DNA of 64,000 bases from Marsupella aquatica. Its lineage: Eukaryota; Plantae; Marchantiophyta. Location of the stretch: the NCBI GenBank assembly GCA_973895155.1, contig OZ316891.1:28773145-28837144 (forward strand), in the 5' to 3' direction. Shown piece by piece: positions 45,275 to 57,743 of the stretch. The notes under the pieces are model-generated. The model was not told where the DNA came from, searched no databases, and saw only the letters and a program-made list of their open reading frames with translations. The position numbers and the translations under genes are program-made. Every line of letters begins with the position of its first letter. Position 1 is the stretch's first letter.

Positions 45275-48200
45275 TCAATGTTCATCAAATTTGCCATCCC
45301 TCACATCTCTGTGTCTGAGTCTCGTCTGATCATCATCGGTACTTCTACCCTCCTTGTTTTGATTGGATCTCCTTTGGTTACCATTACTGCCGTTCCTTCT
45401 ATCCTTGTGTCTGAGTCTCCTTTGTTCCTCATCACTACTGTCCTTCATGTCCTTGTGTCTAAATCTCCTCCGTCTATCGTCACTGCTATCCCTCCTATAC
45501 TTATGCCCGAGTCTCTTTAGTTCATCATCACTGCTATCCCTCATATTCGTGTGTCTGGGTCTCTTTTGCCCATCATCACTGCTGTCCCTCCTATACTTGT
45601 CATTCAGTCTCTTTTGTTCATTATCACTGCTATCCCTCCTGTTCGTGTGTCTGAGTCTGTTTTGTTCATCATCACTGCCATCCCTCCTATACTTGCGCTT
45701 GAGTCTCTTTTGTTCATCATCGCTGCTCTCCCTACTATACGTGTGTCTAAGTTTCTTTTGCTCATCATCACTGCTATACCTCCTATACTTGTATCTGAGT
45801 CTCTTAAGTTCATCATCACTGCTATCACTTCTACCTTCGTATTTGAGCGTGCTGGGCTCGGGATCACTGTTTTCCCTCTTATCTTTGGGCCTAACTCTCC
45901 ATTGTTCACCATCGATGGTAGCCCTCCTGTTTTTGTATCTTAGTCTAGATAGTTCCTCGTCACTGTCCGTCTTCGTGTCGCCTTTACAATAGGTGCTCTT
46001 TCGTCGTGTTCCTCTCTGATACTCCACATTCGTTTCAAATCTATTGTTGGTACTGTCAAGGATCTTCTCTGATGTCCTCCTGCCCCTAGATCCATGGCAT
46101 TTCTGATTATTCGAGTGAACGCTAAATCCCTTTCTCCCCATGCCTTTTGGACTTCCTTGGCCGTCGCGATTACTATCTGATGATTCATGCTTACGGGGAA
46201 CAATTTTCTTATCATCCCGACTAATGTCTGGCTCTCCCGTCCTGGATTTCAGGTATCTCTGTTCATCCTCACTGCTAATAACAAATTTCCTGTCATCTCG
46301 TTGCTCATCTCTTTCTGGGCAATGATGGCCACTATTTGTAGATTTTCCGCTATCTAGGCATTTATCTTTCCTCTTTACTTTTCTCTCTTTTCTGTGTTTA
46401 CGTTTCTTCTCAGATTTCACGTCGGTAAGCTCTTTCCGTTGCTCATGTGAAAGAGATGCAAGAAGATTCGGTATACTCAGGGTTTCCTCGTCACCCCCAC
46501 CACCTGGTAAAAAACCTGTTCAGCACAGCCGATTTCTAGAGATCAGGAATATTGTGTTGAGTTATTAATGGTCCGTGACAGTAGACGGAAGCAAAGCAGA
46601 CCCTGCATTTTGATAGAATGAATATAACTAAGTAGATATAACACGCTCACCTCCATACTCATCATATATATCTTCATCGGGAATAATCTGCTGGTTCGGG
46701 TCATCAGGCTTGAAACCCCCCCTTGCTGGGCTTAGACCCCCCGGTTTCTGTTTCAGCTCCCATGTTAAAAGCTGCGGCGGATACAGACGCGAAATCAATA
46801 TTGTCTGACAACTAGCTAAACACATAGCAGTCGTCTTGCAAACTCAACTCCAACATCCACCAAGGAGAAAGTGCATAATGTCAGAGCAGACATAAAGTCT
46901 CAGGGTGAGCTTCGAATATTTACGAAACTGATTTCAAGCCAATGTCGGAAAGGTAAAATTGCGCCAACAGACCTCACTAGAAGCCGTTTGAGCCAAAATA
47001 ACATTTAGAGGATCTTCTCTAATCAAACGGGCCTCCTCGCTGGGCATCAGCACGTCTTTCAAGGGGCACTCACGGTCACCACTTTGATGACCAAATACCC
47101 CACACCGTGCACACTTCACATTCCGAATCTCGATAGCGAAAGGCTTCACTCTAGTTGGAGCTCCAGTATCATGCCTGCAGATAGATTACTCATTGAACAT
47201 CAATTAATTCAAACGAGCCTTTCTTTCCATTTCGAACTGCAAGCAGACTTTTCCAATATTAAGCCCTTCTACAAATCATTCTGTTGCTTCTGGTCACACC
47301 AGAAATGATACTTGACTGTATTTACTTGCCTTGGAGCATTTTTCAGAGATGGGAACTCCTCTTCAGTTGGCAGAGTTCTACCAAAAACATCCTTCACACG
47401 AGGGTTTCTCTTTTGGGACACCCCTGTACTGGTGTTCCTGCTCAGAAGCGAAATACATATGTCAACAACATCAACAATATCAACAAGAAAAAAACTGACA
47501 AGGGAGGAAGATGGTCACAACTTAACGCAGCTGGGAAGTGAAAAGCATCGAGGGGGGAAAATATTGACAGAAGAGATGTCTCTCGTTGCTCCATCCAAAT
47601 CACATATGCCGATCTTCCATTACGAGTGACTACCGTTTCAATCGAGAAAGAAAGACGAGTAACGATGTTGAGATTGAGCCAATTTTGAAACATTAAATCT
47701 CAGCTGAGCACATGAGACATTGAGGTGTGTGAGTAAACAGTCCAGAAGACACACCCGTCATCTGGAGTTGCATCAACATCAGCTGTAGTTGTCAAACCTA
47801 ATTTCTTCCTTTCGTCCGCTAATTCTGCTGCTCGGGCCGCCTCTGCATTGTATCCGGGGGGACGCATGTACATGAAGCTTACTGCTTGCATGGCCTCCAT
47901 CTGTAGTGGTCAAGGATTATTAATCAGACCAGCTCGGAATACAAATACCTATGTCCTCGAAGTTATCATATCTCGAATACTGGTGGAATGACGCCGAGTA
48001 TAGTATAAAAACATTATCCAGAAATTGCTGACACACAAGGATAGGTGAGGGAGGTGACGACACAAGCCAGAAGATGATTTTTCAGGGCAAATAAAACTGG
48101 CCTTTTCTTTTTCTTTCTTCGACATCTGCGCAGTTTGCCGGAAAAATTCCTGCTCCTGAGCAAACTGCAAGCAAGCGATAATATAACAATCAACGCCTTC

Positions 48201-48679
48201 CAAGACCAACAGAGGTTATTCTGCTTCAGAGGTATACAGTATTCCCTATACATCAAAGGGACGATGAATAGCGAGTGTTGCAAGATCCCCTCCTGCGCAT
48301 ATGGGATATACTACTCTAGAGATGTGGAGAACTGCAATGGAATTCAAATTGAATTACAGATAACGTGCGGAAAATATCTCGAAGCAAAGTAGTCCGACTC
48401 AAGATAAGGCAACGAACGCTCTACATGAAGTACTACCCCATTAGAAACTTTAAAAACATCGATACAATGTGGTTGAGCACGACATAAGAAAGGAAAACTC
48501 ACCTCGCGTGCAACCTCTGCACCTCGCTCTTCTTTCTGAGCATGAGTTTGCTCCGCAATCCACTTGCGGCGTTGATTCGGATAGGAGAGAGGATGCCATG
48601 GCTTCTGATTCAAGTACGAATGGCTCCAAGCGGTTCCAGCCTTTTCCTTGTATTCCACTTCCTTCTTGTCCGACTTCAT
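45275..48679 (-). CDS. CIR_N-domain / CCHC zinc-knuckle protein (CIR1-like, At4g19190-like), 7 coding exons, ~685 aa
   Basis: Exons 48679-48503, 48164-48102, 47900-47755, 47437-47330, 47174-46973, 46771-46651, 46515-45275 (2058 nt, frame consistent). Motifs: SYLNQKPWHPLSYPNQRRKWIAEQ, VSFMYMRPPGY, EIRNVKCARCGVFGHQSGDRECP. Introns 2 and 4 require GC donors. Confidence 0.9.
45320..45975 (-). repeat. Coding repeat, 48 nt (16 aa, RDSSDDEQKRLRHKYR-like), ~10-12 copies
   Basis: Visible in the translation of ORF 45275..46420 and as a recurring TCATCACTGCT motif on the + strand. Confidence 0.93.
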
Positions 48680-49099
48680 CGTCTCGCGAGGAGCAGGCAA
48701 GACATACTCCAATCGATCACTACACTAGACGAGACTCTTTGCTGAGCTCTGCTGCAAAATCCTTGAGGCTGTCAAGACCTTCCTCCGCAAGAACCACATA
48801 CGATATGCCTTTCAAGCGTACTGCTTGCCCCCATGCTCTTGTTTATCGATGTTCGGCAATTGATCAGCTTCCAATTGAGAATTGGGGAACACATTTGAGC
48901 AAGTCCAATTATGGTGAGTACCACTCATGAGTACAGCTGATGGGCTGGTATAGGGTTTTCCCTGTACCGAGTTATAAGGTACTACCCTCATTACCCTTTC
49001 CTTCAACGAATGTAATAGGCGCGTAAAGGTTACCCTAACCTTCAAAACTACCCCAACCTACACATTCTTTGAAGATGAGTAGAGGAGAGTACAATAAAA

Positions 49100-49244
49100 T
49101 CTTACTTATAAACCTCCACCTACAAGCTAGAGTTGGGGACTAGAAACTACAAGCTAGAGTTGGAGCCTAGGCTTCTAGAGTAAAGTTTCTAGACCTTAAC
49201 TCCATGGTTCATCATGTGGATGAAATACTCATTACTATGATGTA
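49100..49244 (+). mobile_element. Helitron 5' end (host of a nested insertion)
   Basis: A|TCTTACTTATAAA..AAGCTAGAGTTGG..CTAGGCTTCTAGAGTAAAGTTTCTAGACC, homologous to the reverse complement of 55020-55105 and to 33552-33640. Confidence 0.7.
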
Positions 49245-52200
49245 CTAGCCCCATGCTCGTGCGTTGCACAAAAGATGTCGAGATGATAAAAGATGTCGAG
49301 GTGATAAAAGGATGTCGAGTGATAAAAAGATGTCAAGTGATAAAAAGATGTCGAGGTGATAAAAGATGTCGAGTGATAAAAAGATGTCAAAGTAATAAAA
49401 GATGTCGAAGTGATAAAAAGATGTCGAGGTGATAAAAGGATGTTGAGTGATAAAAAGAAGTCGAAGTGATAAAAAGATGTCGAGTGATAAAAAATGTCGA
49501 ATGATAAAAAAAATTGAGGTGATAAAAAGACGTCAAGTGATAACAAGATGTCGAAGTGATAAAAAGATGTCGAGTGATAAAAAGATGTTGAAGTAATAAA
49601 AGATGTCAAAGTGATAAAAAGAGTAATAAAAGATGTCAAAGTGATAAATGATGTGAGATGAGCAAAACATGTCCATGAGAGAAAAGATGTTTAAGCTAGG
49701 CACAAATGTCAAGGTGATAAAAGATGACATGGGATATGGCAAACATGATGAAGATGAAATACATAACATGCTTAAATACAAATACAAAGACATTGATACC
49801 ATACTCAAGCCAACTTTATTCATTTTCAATAAAGAACTTTATCATATACAACATTTTTGGTCAACCCTGCATGAAACTCCTCTGAATCTGGAAGCAAAAC
49901 TTTAATACTTCTAAGTGATGTTGCTCTTGAGAATGCTACGTACAACTGGCCGTGACTAAAAACAGGTTTTGAAAGTTGCAACCCTACATGTTCTAAAGTT
50001 TGACCTTGAGCCTTGTTGATGATCATTGCATATGTCACTCAATGGGAAACTGGACCCTACGTAATCTAAAAGAAAGTGATTCATCAGACATCAATGGAAT
50101 GTTTGGGATGAATGTAATAGTTCCTGCATATTTTCCTGCAAGGACTCGTGCCTCAATGACACGACGATTCATGGATCTCACAATGAGCCTTGTGCCAATA
50201 CATAATCCAAGTGAGTGATCTATATTCCTTAGCAAGATTATAGGGCATCCAACTTTCAGTACCAGCTTGTGAGGTGGTAAACCACTCGATGTTAACGTAT
50301 TCAAGAACTACGTAGGATAAAAATTCTCCCATTCTAGTCGATCCGAACGATCGACGCTTAAAAACTCCTTTGACTCCCTAGGAAGTCCTTCTAGAATGCA
50401 ATTTCTGATTTTGAGCGCCTCATCATTGGTTGGTGCCAAGATAGTTCTCTCGCTTAAGAACTTATCATCCACGTTCAAAAGAGATGGGTAGATTGCACTA
50501 ATCAAAGATTCCACATGTCCTCCCTCCACCACCATAGACTCCGAACATGTAATAAGGTTATTTGAAGGTCCTTGCTTTGGGAGTTTGTCATGCCCAATGC
50601 AAGAAGCCATTATGCAAATGTAAGATTGCCAAATTCAGGAGATGCCAAAGTGCTTCTTGCCCACATATTTTATGTTAGTTTGTACATTTGTGTACTACTC
50701 CAGATGTAGGATTTCTTCAAACACGACCCCACAATCTCCGGACGACTGGCCCTTGCCTTGACAGGAAATACTTGTTGAAAATCTCCTGCAAACACAACCG
50801 CAACTCCTCCAAAAATTTGGTCACAATTGATCTTGTATGTCACGTAGCATTCTATCCACCACCTCAACTCCATGTCGATGGATCATGGGTGCTTCATCCC
50901 ATAAGATAAAGGTCGCCCTCCATAACAATCTACCAAGGTCAGATTATTTTTGAACAACACACATTGACGTTGAGATCAATTTCAATGGAAGCTTGAATCG
51001 TGAGTGGGTAGTGTGCCCTCCATCTAACAAAAGACCTGCAATACTCGAGGAAGCCACAACCAATGCCACATCTCCATCTGCATGCACTCTCCTCAATAAT
51101 ATATTCTCCACAAATGTTTTGCCCATCCCCCTTGGCCCATCAACAACAAATGTTCCTCCATCTCAAGCCCTCACCGCTGCAAGTATTATAGTGTAGGCTG
51201 CCCTTTGGCCGTCGTTTAACAACGGCTCCTGTTCTACAAGTTGTTGAAGAAATGTATCAATAGCATGTCTCCTCCCATATCAAGTGATTCATGTTTTCTG
51301 GTTCTTCAAAAAATTGCATACTTGGAACCGGAAGACCAAACTCTAATAATATTTTACCAATACTTTTGAAAGTCTCATTGATCAAATATAGGGCAAATCT
51401 CTGTTGTTGCTCCTCACTGGGATCCAAAAAACCCATTGAGCACAGACGATAGCAACAATCATCGCTCAAATTGGATGCATGTTGGGTCCACAGGTCGCAC
51501 GATTTAGCAACACTTTCGAATAACATGATTATGATAAATAGTTGTCGAAGTTGTGCACCCGTCTGCATACTTGCCACTTCTTGAAGACATCTATCCCATT
51601 CTTCATCGTTCTCGTACAAACCCCGAGCAAGAGCCTTTGCCTGAAAAGTTGGGTATACAATGCCCTCAAAAGTCCTAAGGTCAAGGAATGATGTTGCACC
51701 TTTGACATGAAGTAGAAGTGCTCGCAAGTAGTATCGTTCCCCCACAGCAGGTGGTACAAAATACATCCGTCCAATGCTAAACCCCCTTCTTTGAGGGGTC
51801 CATGCACGTATTGCCGGAATACATACACAGTCATGAGAAAAGTTTGTGTACAAGATTTGGCTCGCATGTTTGTGCAAAGCGTTTGCTTTGAACAACCCAA
51901 TTAGAGTTGTATCTCTATAAGTTTCTTGTCGGACCACATCAATGATCTCAGAATCTTCATGAAACATAATCGATTGTTCCCCCCACAATGCACCTGTAGC
52001 TGTTGCACCGAAGTACTACTCTCCGACATTTGAAACTGATTAATCTGCCATACTCCTTTTGCAACAGACACATACCTTGCATCCAAATGCTCTTTTATTT
52101 CATCACGTTGCTCTACCTCCACTATTGCTTTATCATGCCCTTTGTAGCAGTGCTTATATAAGTACTTAATGGCTTTGACAGAACAACATATCTCCATGTT

Positions 52201-55105
52201 AATATGAGCATTCTATTTCATGCTCAAATATGGACTATGAGAAACAATCCACCCATTATCAAACTTATCACCTATTACAATAAATCCACCTATTATCAAA
52301 CGTGTGGTTGGGGTCCATGCGCCATGCATTTTGTTATAGTCTGAAATAATTGTGGATACACCTGCACGTCCAGTATCATTGCAGAAACTAATTGATCAAC
52401 CAACTCCATCGTGCGTATAACAATTGTCTTAAATCCAATCCCATCCACCGTGGGTTTATTGTAACATCTTAGATGCGTCCAAGGCATTCGTAGCACCCTC
52501 TCAATTGGTGGTGATGGCAATGGTTCTGGCCGATGCCCGTGCATTGCTCTTGCTTCACAAAGCAATTGTCTCGCACTACTTGCACGGCCAGGCACTGCGG
52601 TAGGTCCCAAATTTGTCTCCTCACTCCCTCCCAATGATGTTGTTGATGGCCCTTGAACAACCCTTGCTTCCCGTCGCAATTGTCTCCCACTAATGACCCT
52701 TGGTTCTTCTACTGCAGTTGGCACACATGGTGTGGGAACTACTATTGGAACCAAGGGCCCCACACTGGGCGAGACACTTTGTTGAGGTTCGGCATGGACC
52801 TGACGCACACCATTATCCACTTGCAACCGTCGTCGGGCGTATTGTTGGCAACACCTTGCATTTATTGTATTCTTGTTCTGAGCATATCGCTCGCGATTTG
52901 CCTTTGATCTCTTCCTCGGAGTTCTCATGTTTCCCCAAAAAGTCCAATCCCCTTAATCATCTGCATCCATCCAACCCACAAAATGGATGATTATTTTTTT
53001 AAACCCAAAATCCTTCAAGCTTGACAGACCCCTAAGTATATTGATCCCCGATTGGGCCACACCATTGCAAGAGACTTGAGACTTTCATTGAGACCCAATA
53101 TCCATCGAGGATACTACTTACTGGGACCCCTCATCTCACCCTCCCAACCTTCAAGGCGATCCATAATGTCTCTTTCCCCTATGGTACATCCTCTTACCTT
53201 GCATCGGCTCATGCAACCACACTAAAAGATATGCCATGTGATAAATCTACAAACCCCTTGTCATTTGAAAAAAGAGGTTCACAAAATGTATGTCACACAC
53301 ATATCTCAAGCTCTCGCTGGTCCCACTCCAGTGCCGTCCATGTTCCATTAGGGTCACCCAAGAAAGTTAGAGAGGCTCCCAAAATCATTTGAGGGTGACA
53401 CAATCACCCAGGGCGTCAGCAGAGGCAGCCCCCTGAAAGGAGTTGTCGGCGTCAGCTCACTTGGGAGGAGTCGTCAGCATCAGGCCCTGATGGGCAATGA
53501 CACACAAGAGGGGTTTGGGGCGTCAAGGGCTTTGGGGTGTTGATGGGGGCCGGAGGGAGTCAAGGCGCAATAGGGTGTCAGGGCCTACCTGAGGGCCAGG
53601 GAGTCCAGGTGCGCCAGGGCCTCCTCAAGCGTGAGGGAGTCCACGTGTGTCAGAAGGATGCGTCCGGGCTTTGGAGCGCCTGATAGGACAGGCCCGAGTC
53701 CAGGCATACGTCAGGAGGGAGGCGTCATGGCTTCAGCCATGCGGGAATTGAGATCGAGGGCGCATGGGCGGGAGGAGGGAGGGCCTCATCACAGGCCCTG
53801 GTCCAGGTGCTCGTCAGGAGTCTGCATCAGGAGTCACGCGTCAAGAGCGAGGGAGTGAGGGAGGAGCAAGTTGGGAGGGAGCCAGGGAGAGAGAAGGGGA
53901 GGATCAAGGGGAGGGTGAGGGAGGCCCAAGGAGGCCTGAGTCCAGGCACACATCAGAGGTGCACGTCAGGAGGTGCGCATCAGAGGTTGCGTCAGGAGGC
54001 ACGCATCAGAAGAGGGAGGAAGGGAGTGAGTGAGAGAGGGAGAGAGGGAGTAGCAGAGGGGAGGAGGGGAGGATAGAGGGGAGGGTGAGGGAGGGCCAAG
54101 GAGGCCTGAGTCCAGGAGTGCGTCAGAGGCGCGCATCAGAAGAGGGAGGGAGTAAGGGAGTGAGCAAGGGAGAAGGGAGGAGCCGAGGGGAGGGTGAGGG
54201 AGGTCCAAGGAGGCCTGAGTCCAGGCACACGTCAGGAGCAATTGGGACACAAATGAGCAAGTGAGGAGGGAGGAGCAAGTCAAGAGGGAGAAAGTCAATG
54301 CGAGGAGTCTGGTTTTGCGGTTGAAAAAACACCTGGAGTGAATTGTCATGAGCAAGTATGACATGTCACGTTTTCAAGTGAGGTTTTGCCATTTTGGAGT
54401 AGACAAAACGCCTGGACCAAGGTGTGGGAGGCAAGTCCGACCTGTTAGATTTGTTTGCCAGGTTTTTTGTGGCATGACGCAAAGAGGGACTTGTCCTATG
54501 CTGCAATGACAAAACAGTCCTTTCAAACAATGGTCCAGGAACAATGAGTTTTTGTATCCAACGGTGATGAAAATATGCATTGAGATTGGATGGCCTAAAT
54601 TGAGTCCCGCCCATTCCTGATTTCGTAAGCAAACGATTCTCAAAACGCGTGGGATAGCATATTATAGTATTTAGATATCAAATGACAATCATGCATGCTT
54701 TTTGTCATGATTTTTATTTATATTAAAACATGAGCTCTTTGGCCCCACCATAATATGTGCATAGAAAGAGGGACGTGCATAAAAAGACAAGACTATGATA
54801 TATTATGTACAATGGTTTTTTATCATTTAACTTGAATAAGGAATATATTTTGGTGACATTTTTATTGTACTCCCTAGCTATTCATGTTCAAAGAATGGGT
54901 AGTCTAGGCTAGTGTAACAAAATATATTTTCTATTCTCATTCTTGAAATATATTAATGAAGTTAAAAAATAATCATTCATTCATGTATATGCACATCTTC
55001 TTGACATGCACAGATACTTTGGTGGGGCCCTGAGTCACGGTCTAGAAACTTCACTCTAGAAGCCTACACCCTCTCTAACTTGCCCTTGGCGCTTTATAAG
55101 TAAGA
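49245..55105 (-). mobile_element. Helitron with both termini, ~5.9 kb, decayed Rep/PIF1 helicase
   Basis: 5' TCTTACTTATAAAG at 55105. 3' hairpin GTGCAACGCAC plus CTAG at 49245. Inserted between host A (49244) and T (55106) with no TSD. Internal Rep/helicase fragments, a GA-rich repeat (53550-54280) and an AAAAGATGTCGAG(G)TGAT minisatellite (49270-49650). Confidence 0.9.
49826..52928 (-). pseudogene. Helitron Rep-PIF1 helicase, frameshifted and internally deleted
   Basis: Fragments CMAHGP, HINMEICCSVKAIKYLYKHCYKGHD, IGRMYFVPPAVGERYYLRALL, GPRGMGKTF (degenerate Walker A), FGGVAVVFAGDFQQVFPV, LPPHKLVLKVGCPIILLRN, AMIINKAQGQTL..VFSHGQLYVAFSR. They are split over at least 8 ORFs by stops and frameshifts. 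Confidence 0.93.
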
Positions 55106-55675
55106 TGCTCAATACTACTGCAACCTGCAAATCTAGGACAACAGCCAATACCCTTGAGTCTAAATTCAAGACTCAATGAGTAACCTTAGACTCAAAAATG
55201 AAGTAACACTTTTGGCAACAGTAGGGTGGCACTCCAGCAGTAAGAGCGTGTCCAAGCCAAGGTCCAAGCCAGGCCAGGAGATGAGTTGTCTCCCATACAA
55301 CCTCCAAAAACCCCGATGACTATGATTGTTTTGGTTTTTTTGTGGAGCAATAGCTCCATCTGTACATGCATGGGAGGTCTAGGTATAAAACCAGGTATAG
55401 CAAAATCAGGGTTAGTACTCTAACTAAGTGCAAAAGGGCACCCCATGTCAAGGTTGGGAATACTAGCTTTGATGCTTGAGCGTTGCTAAGGAGTTCATAG
55501 TTATTGGTTCCATCCTTGATCTTAATTGTGCCCTAGAGTCATGGTCCACTTCACCATAGGCCAAAGGCTCTTATCATAGCTTTCCATTTGCCACCGTTCC
55601 ACTCACTCCTTCCTTTATTTCTTAGCAAAACCACACCACTAATGTAGCGATGCACATGACCCTCTTTTATGTTTA

Positions 55676-57212
55676 CTAGCCTGAATGCTTGAGCTTTGCT
55701 CATAAATAGATGTTTATATCATCGTCTTTTTCCAGTTTCACCTATGTGACAAAGTCACAGTCTATAGTCTTCACTATAACCATGGGCCCTAGTATCCCAG
55801 CCCGTATACTAGCTTTTGATTGGGCTTTGTTAGATAGATGATCAAGAATCATTCCCAGAAAACTCCAGAAATTTGCAAATTGGGTGTAATGCTAAGGGAG
55901 GGTGCAAATGAATATTTTTTGCAGGGGTATTTTCCATTTGCCTTCCTTTTCACCTGACATACCTGTTTCTGAAAGTTGTACTGCTCTGCTCTAGCAGCCA
56001 TATATTCCCAATGCATGACCTTTTTTTGTAAGAATAAGGTGGGCGTGGGTCCTGGAAAAGGGGACTGGGAAACAACTTAAGAGCAGATTATTAGGGCGTC
56101 TTAAAGTTCCAAAGTTCACAATTGTTACTTTTTGAATTGTCACAATTTTTTGTTCTTAACTGACACCCCTCAAGAAGCTTCATAGGCTAGCCTAAGGCTG
56201 GGCCAAGAAAACAAAAATAAAATTCACTTGAGGACAAGAATTAGTTACAAGATGCTATCACCAAACCTGTTTGTGGTGTTGCTCAAGGATTGAGACACAC
56301 TATTAGCACAGAGATTAGCACAATATTGATAACCCCTCGCCCACCCCTAGGTGAGATTTACTCCATTTCCATTCTTTTTTGTCAAACTACATAGGTTGCC
56401 GGTATTTGTTGTTTAATTATTATGTTGTTGCCTTTTTTTCACCCCTGATTGAGTAAAGTAACTTTGGTTAATCAGCTTGCAATGATCCAACCTTCAACCT
56501 CCTGCCAATTTTAATCATTGGATTTTAATCATTGGATGATCATCACTGTCCTCAAATTAACCCAACACCATCACCTACCCTCAACTAAAGGAGATAGGGT
56601 GGAGTGGCAATGGACCAGGAGAGGGTGGGAGGAAAGTAAAAGACCCAACTCAATGTAGAGAATTGGAGCCCAGAGAGACATGACTTTGTGGTAGTTCACT
56701 TGAGTAGAGACTAATAGATCTTGTGTTCAACTATTGTGGTTAACTCTTCCCTTTCTGTGGGGTTTCACAAATTTCCCCTTAAAAAAATAAAATAATAAAA
56801 AATGTAGAGAATTGGAAGAAGTGCCAAGGCCCAAATTGTATGTGGCAGCCCTGAGGAAAGAATCCCTTAGCACTCGCAAAATACTCAACATAAAGTGCAT
56901 TTGGATTGGCAACACAATCTGCTTCCCTTCAAGTCTACTTTTGTTTTACTATGAGATCAAAGGTTGGAGCCTTTCCAACCCTTGCCCTTGGGATTTCACA
57001 AATATAGCCGTCAGGCTTGGCACAAGACGGGATTCAGGCAGTAATTCTTGCTCACTCAAAGGCTGGCATATGCGAAGTTTAGGGTCGCATTCTTCAGGAC
57101 CTGTACATGCGAGTTGGGCCTGAAAATTACTCACCCAAGATTCACTCTCTAGAAACTTCTCTTTATACAGGGATCCACGTGTACTTTCCTACAAATTATT
57201 TATTAGTAAAGA
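55676..57212 (-). mobile_element. Non-autonomous Helitron, ~1.5 kb
   Basis: 5' A|TCTTTACTAATAAA..GAAGTTTCTAGAGAGTGA at 57212. 3' perfect hairpin TGAGC-AAA-GCTCA then CTAG|T at 55676. AT target site. Confidence 0.7.
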
Positions 57213-57715
57213 TGTAATAAATCTCAGCCACCCGTAATGACCTACCCTTGGCACCCTCGATCATTGATCCGAAGGTTTCAGGCCTCGATAGGCTTCACAC
57301 TACACCACACTACTCGACTCATTCTGAGGGTTTATCAACAGAAGTCTCGACCCTTCATTGGCCTCGAGAAGCAGAGGAGGCAGAGGACGTGACCTCGACC
57401 TGTGGACGACGAACTGGGCAGACATGGCGGCATCGATATGACGAGCGGATTTGACTGTTGGAATCACAGGTGCTGGAATTGCATTACCCCTTATTCTGTC
57501 TCGATCGAGGGAGAGACTGAGAAGACAATTCTGTTGCTCCGCTAGTGAGAGGCAGAGGTGGAGGAATTCCGTTAATGTGTTCAGCGCTACGAGAGAGTAA
57601 GAGGTGGATTGTGGTGAGTACTATGCTCTTTCGTGTGAAGGGAGTGGAGATGCAGAGTGCGGAAAACTGACGACAAGGAGTTGGAGGAGATTTTTGGAAT
57701 GGGAGGAGGAGGACT

Positions 57716-57728
57716 GGGTTTAGGGTTT
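57716..57728 (-). promoter_or_regulatory. Telo-box (AAACCCTA) just upstream of the WTF1 ATG
   Basis: GGGTTTAGGGTTT on the + strand; function is inferred only. Confidence 0.4.
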
Positions 57729-57743
57729 TGAGCATTGGCAGCA

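Noticed and set aside
45363-45992. Leu/Ser-rich + strand ORFs resembling membrane proteins
   Set aside because: They are antisense shadows of the 48-nt coding repeat in the CIR1-like gene.
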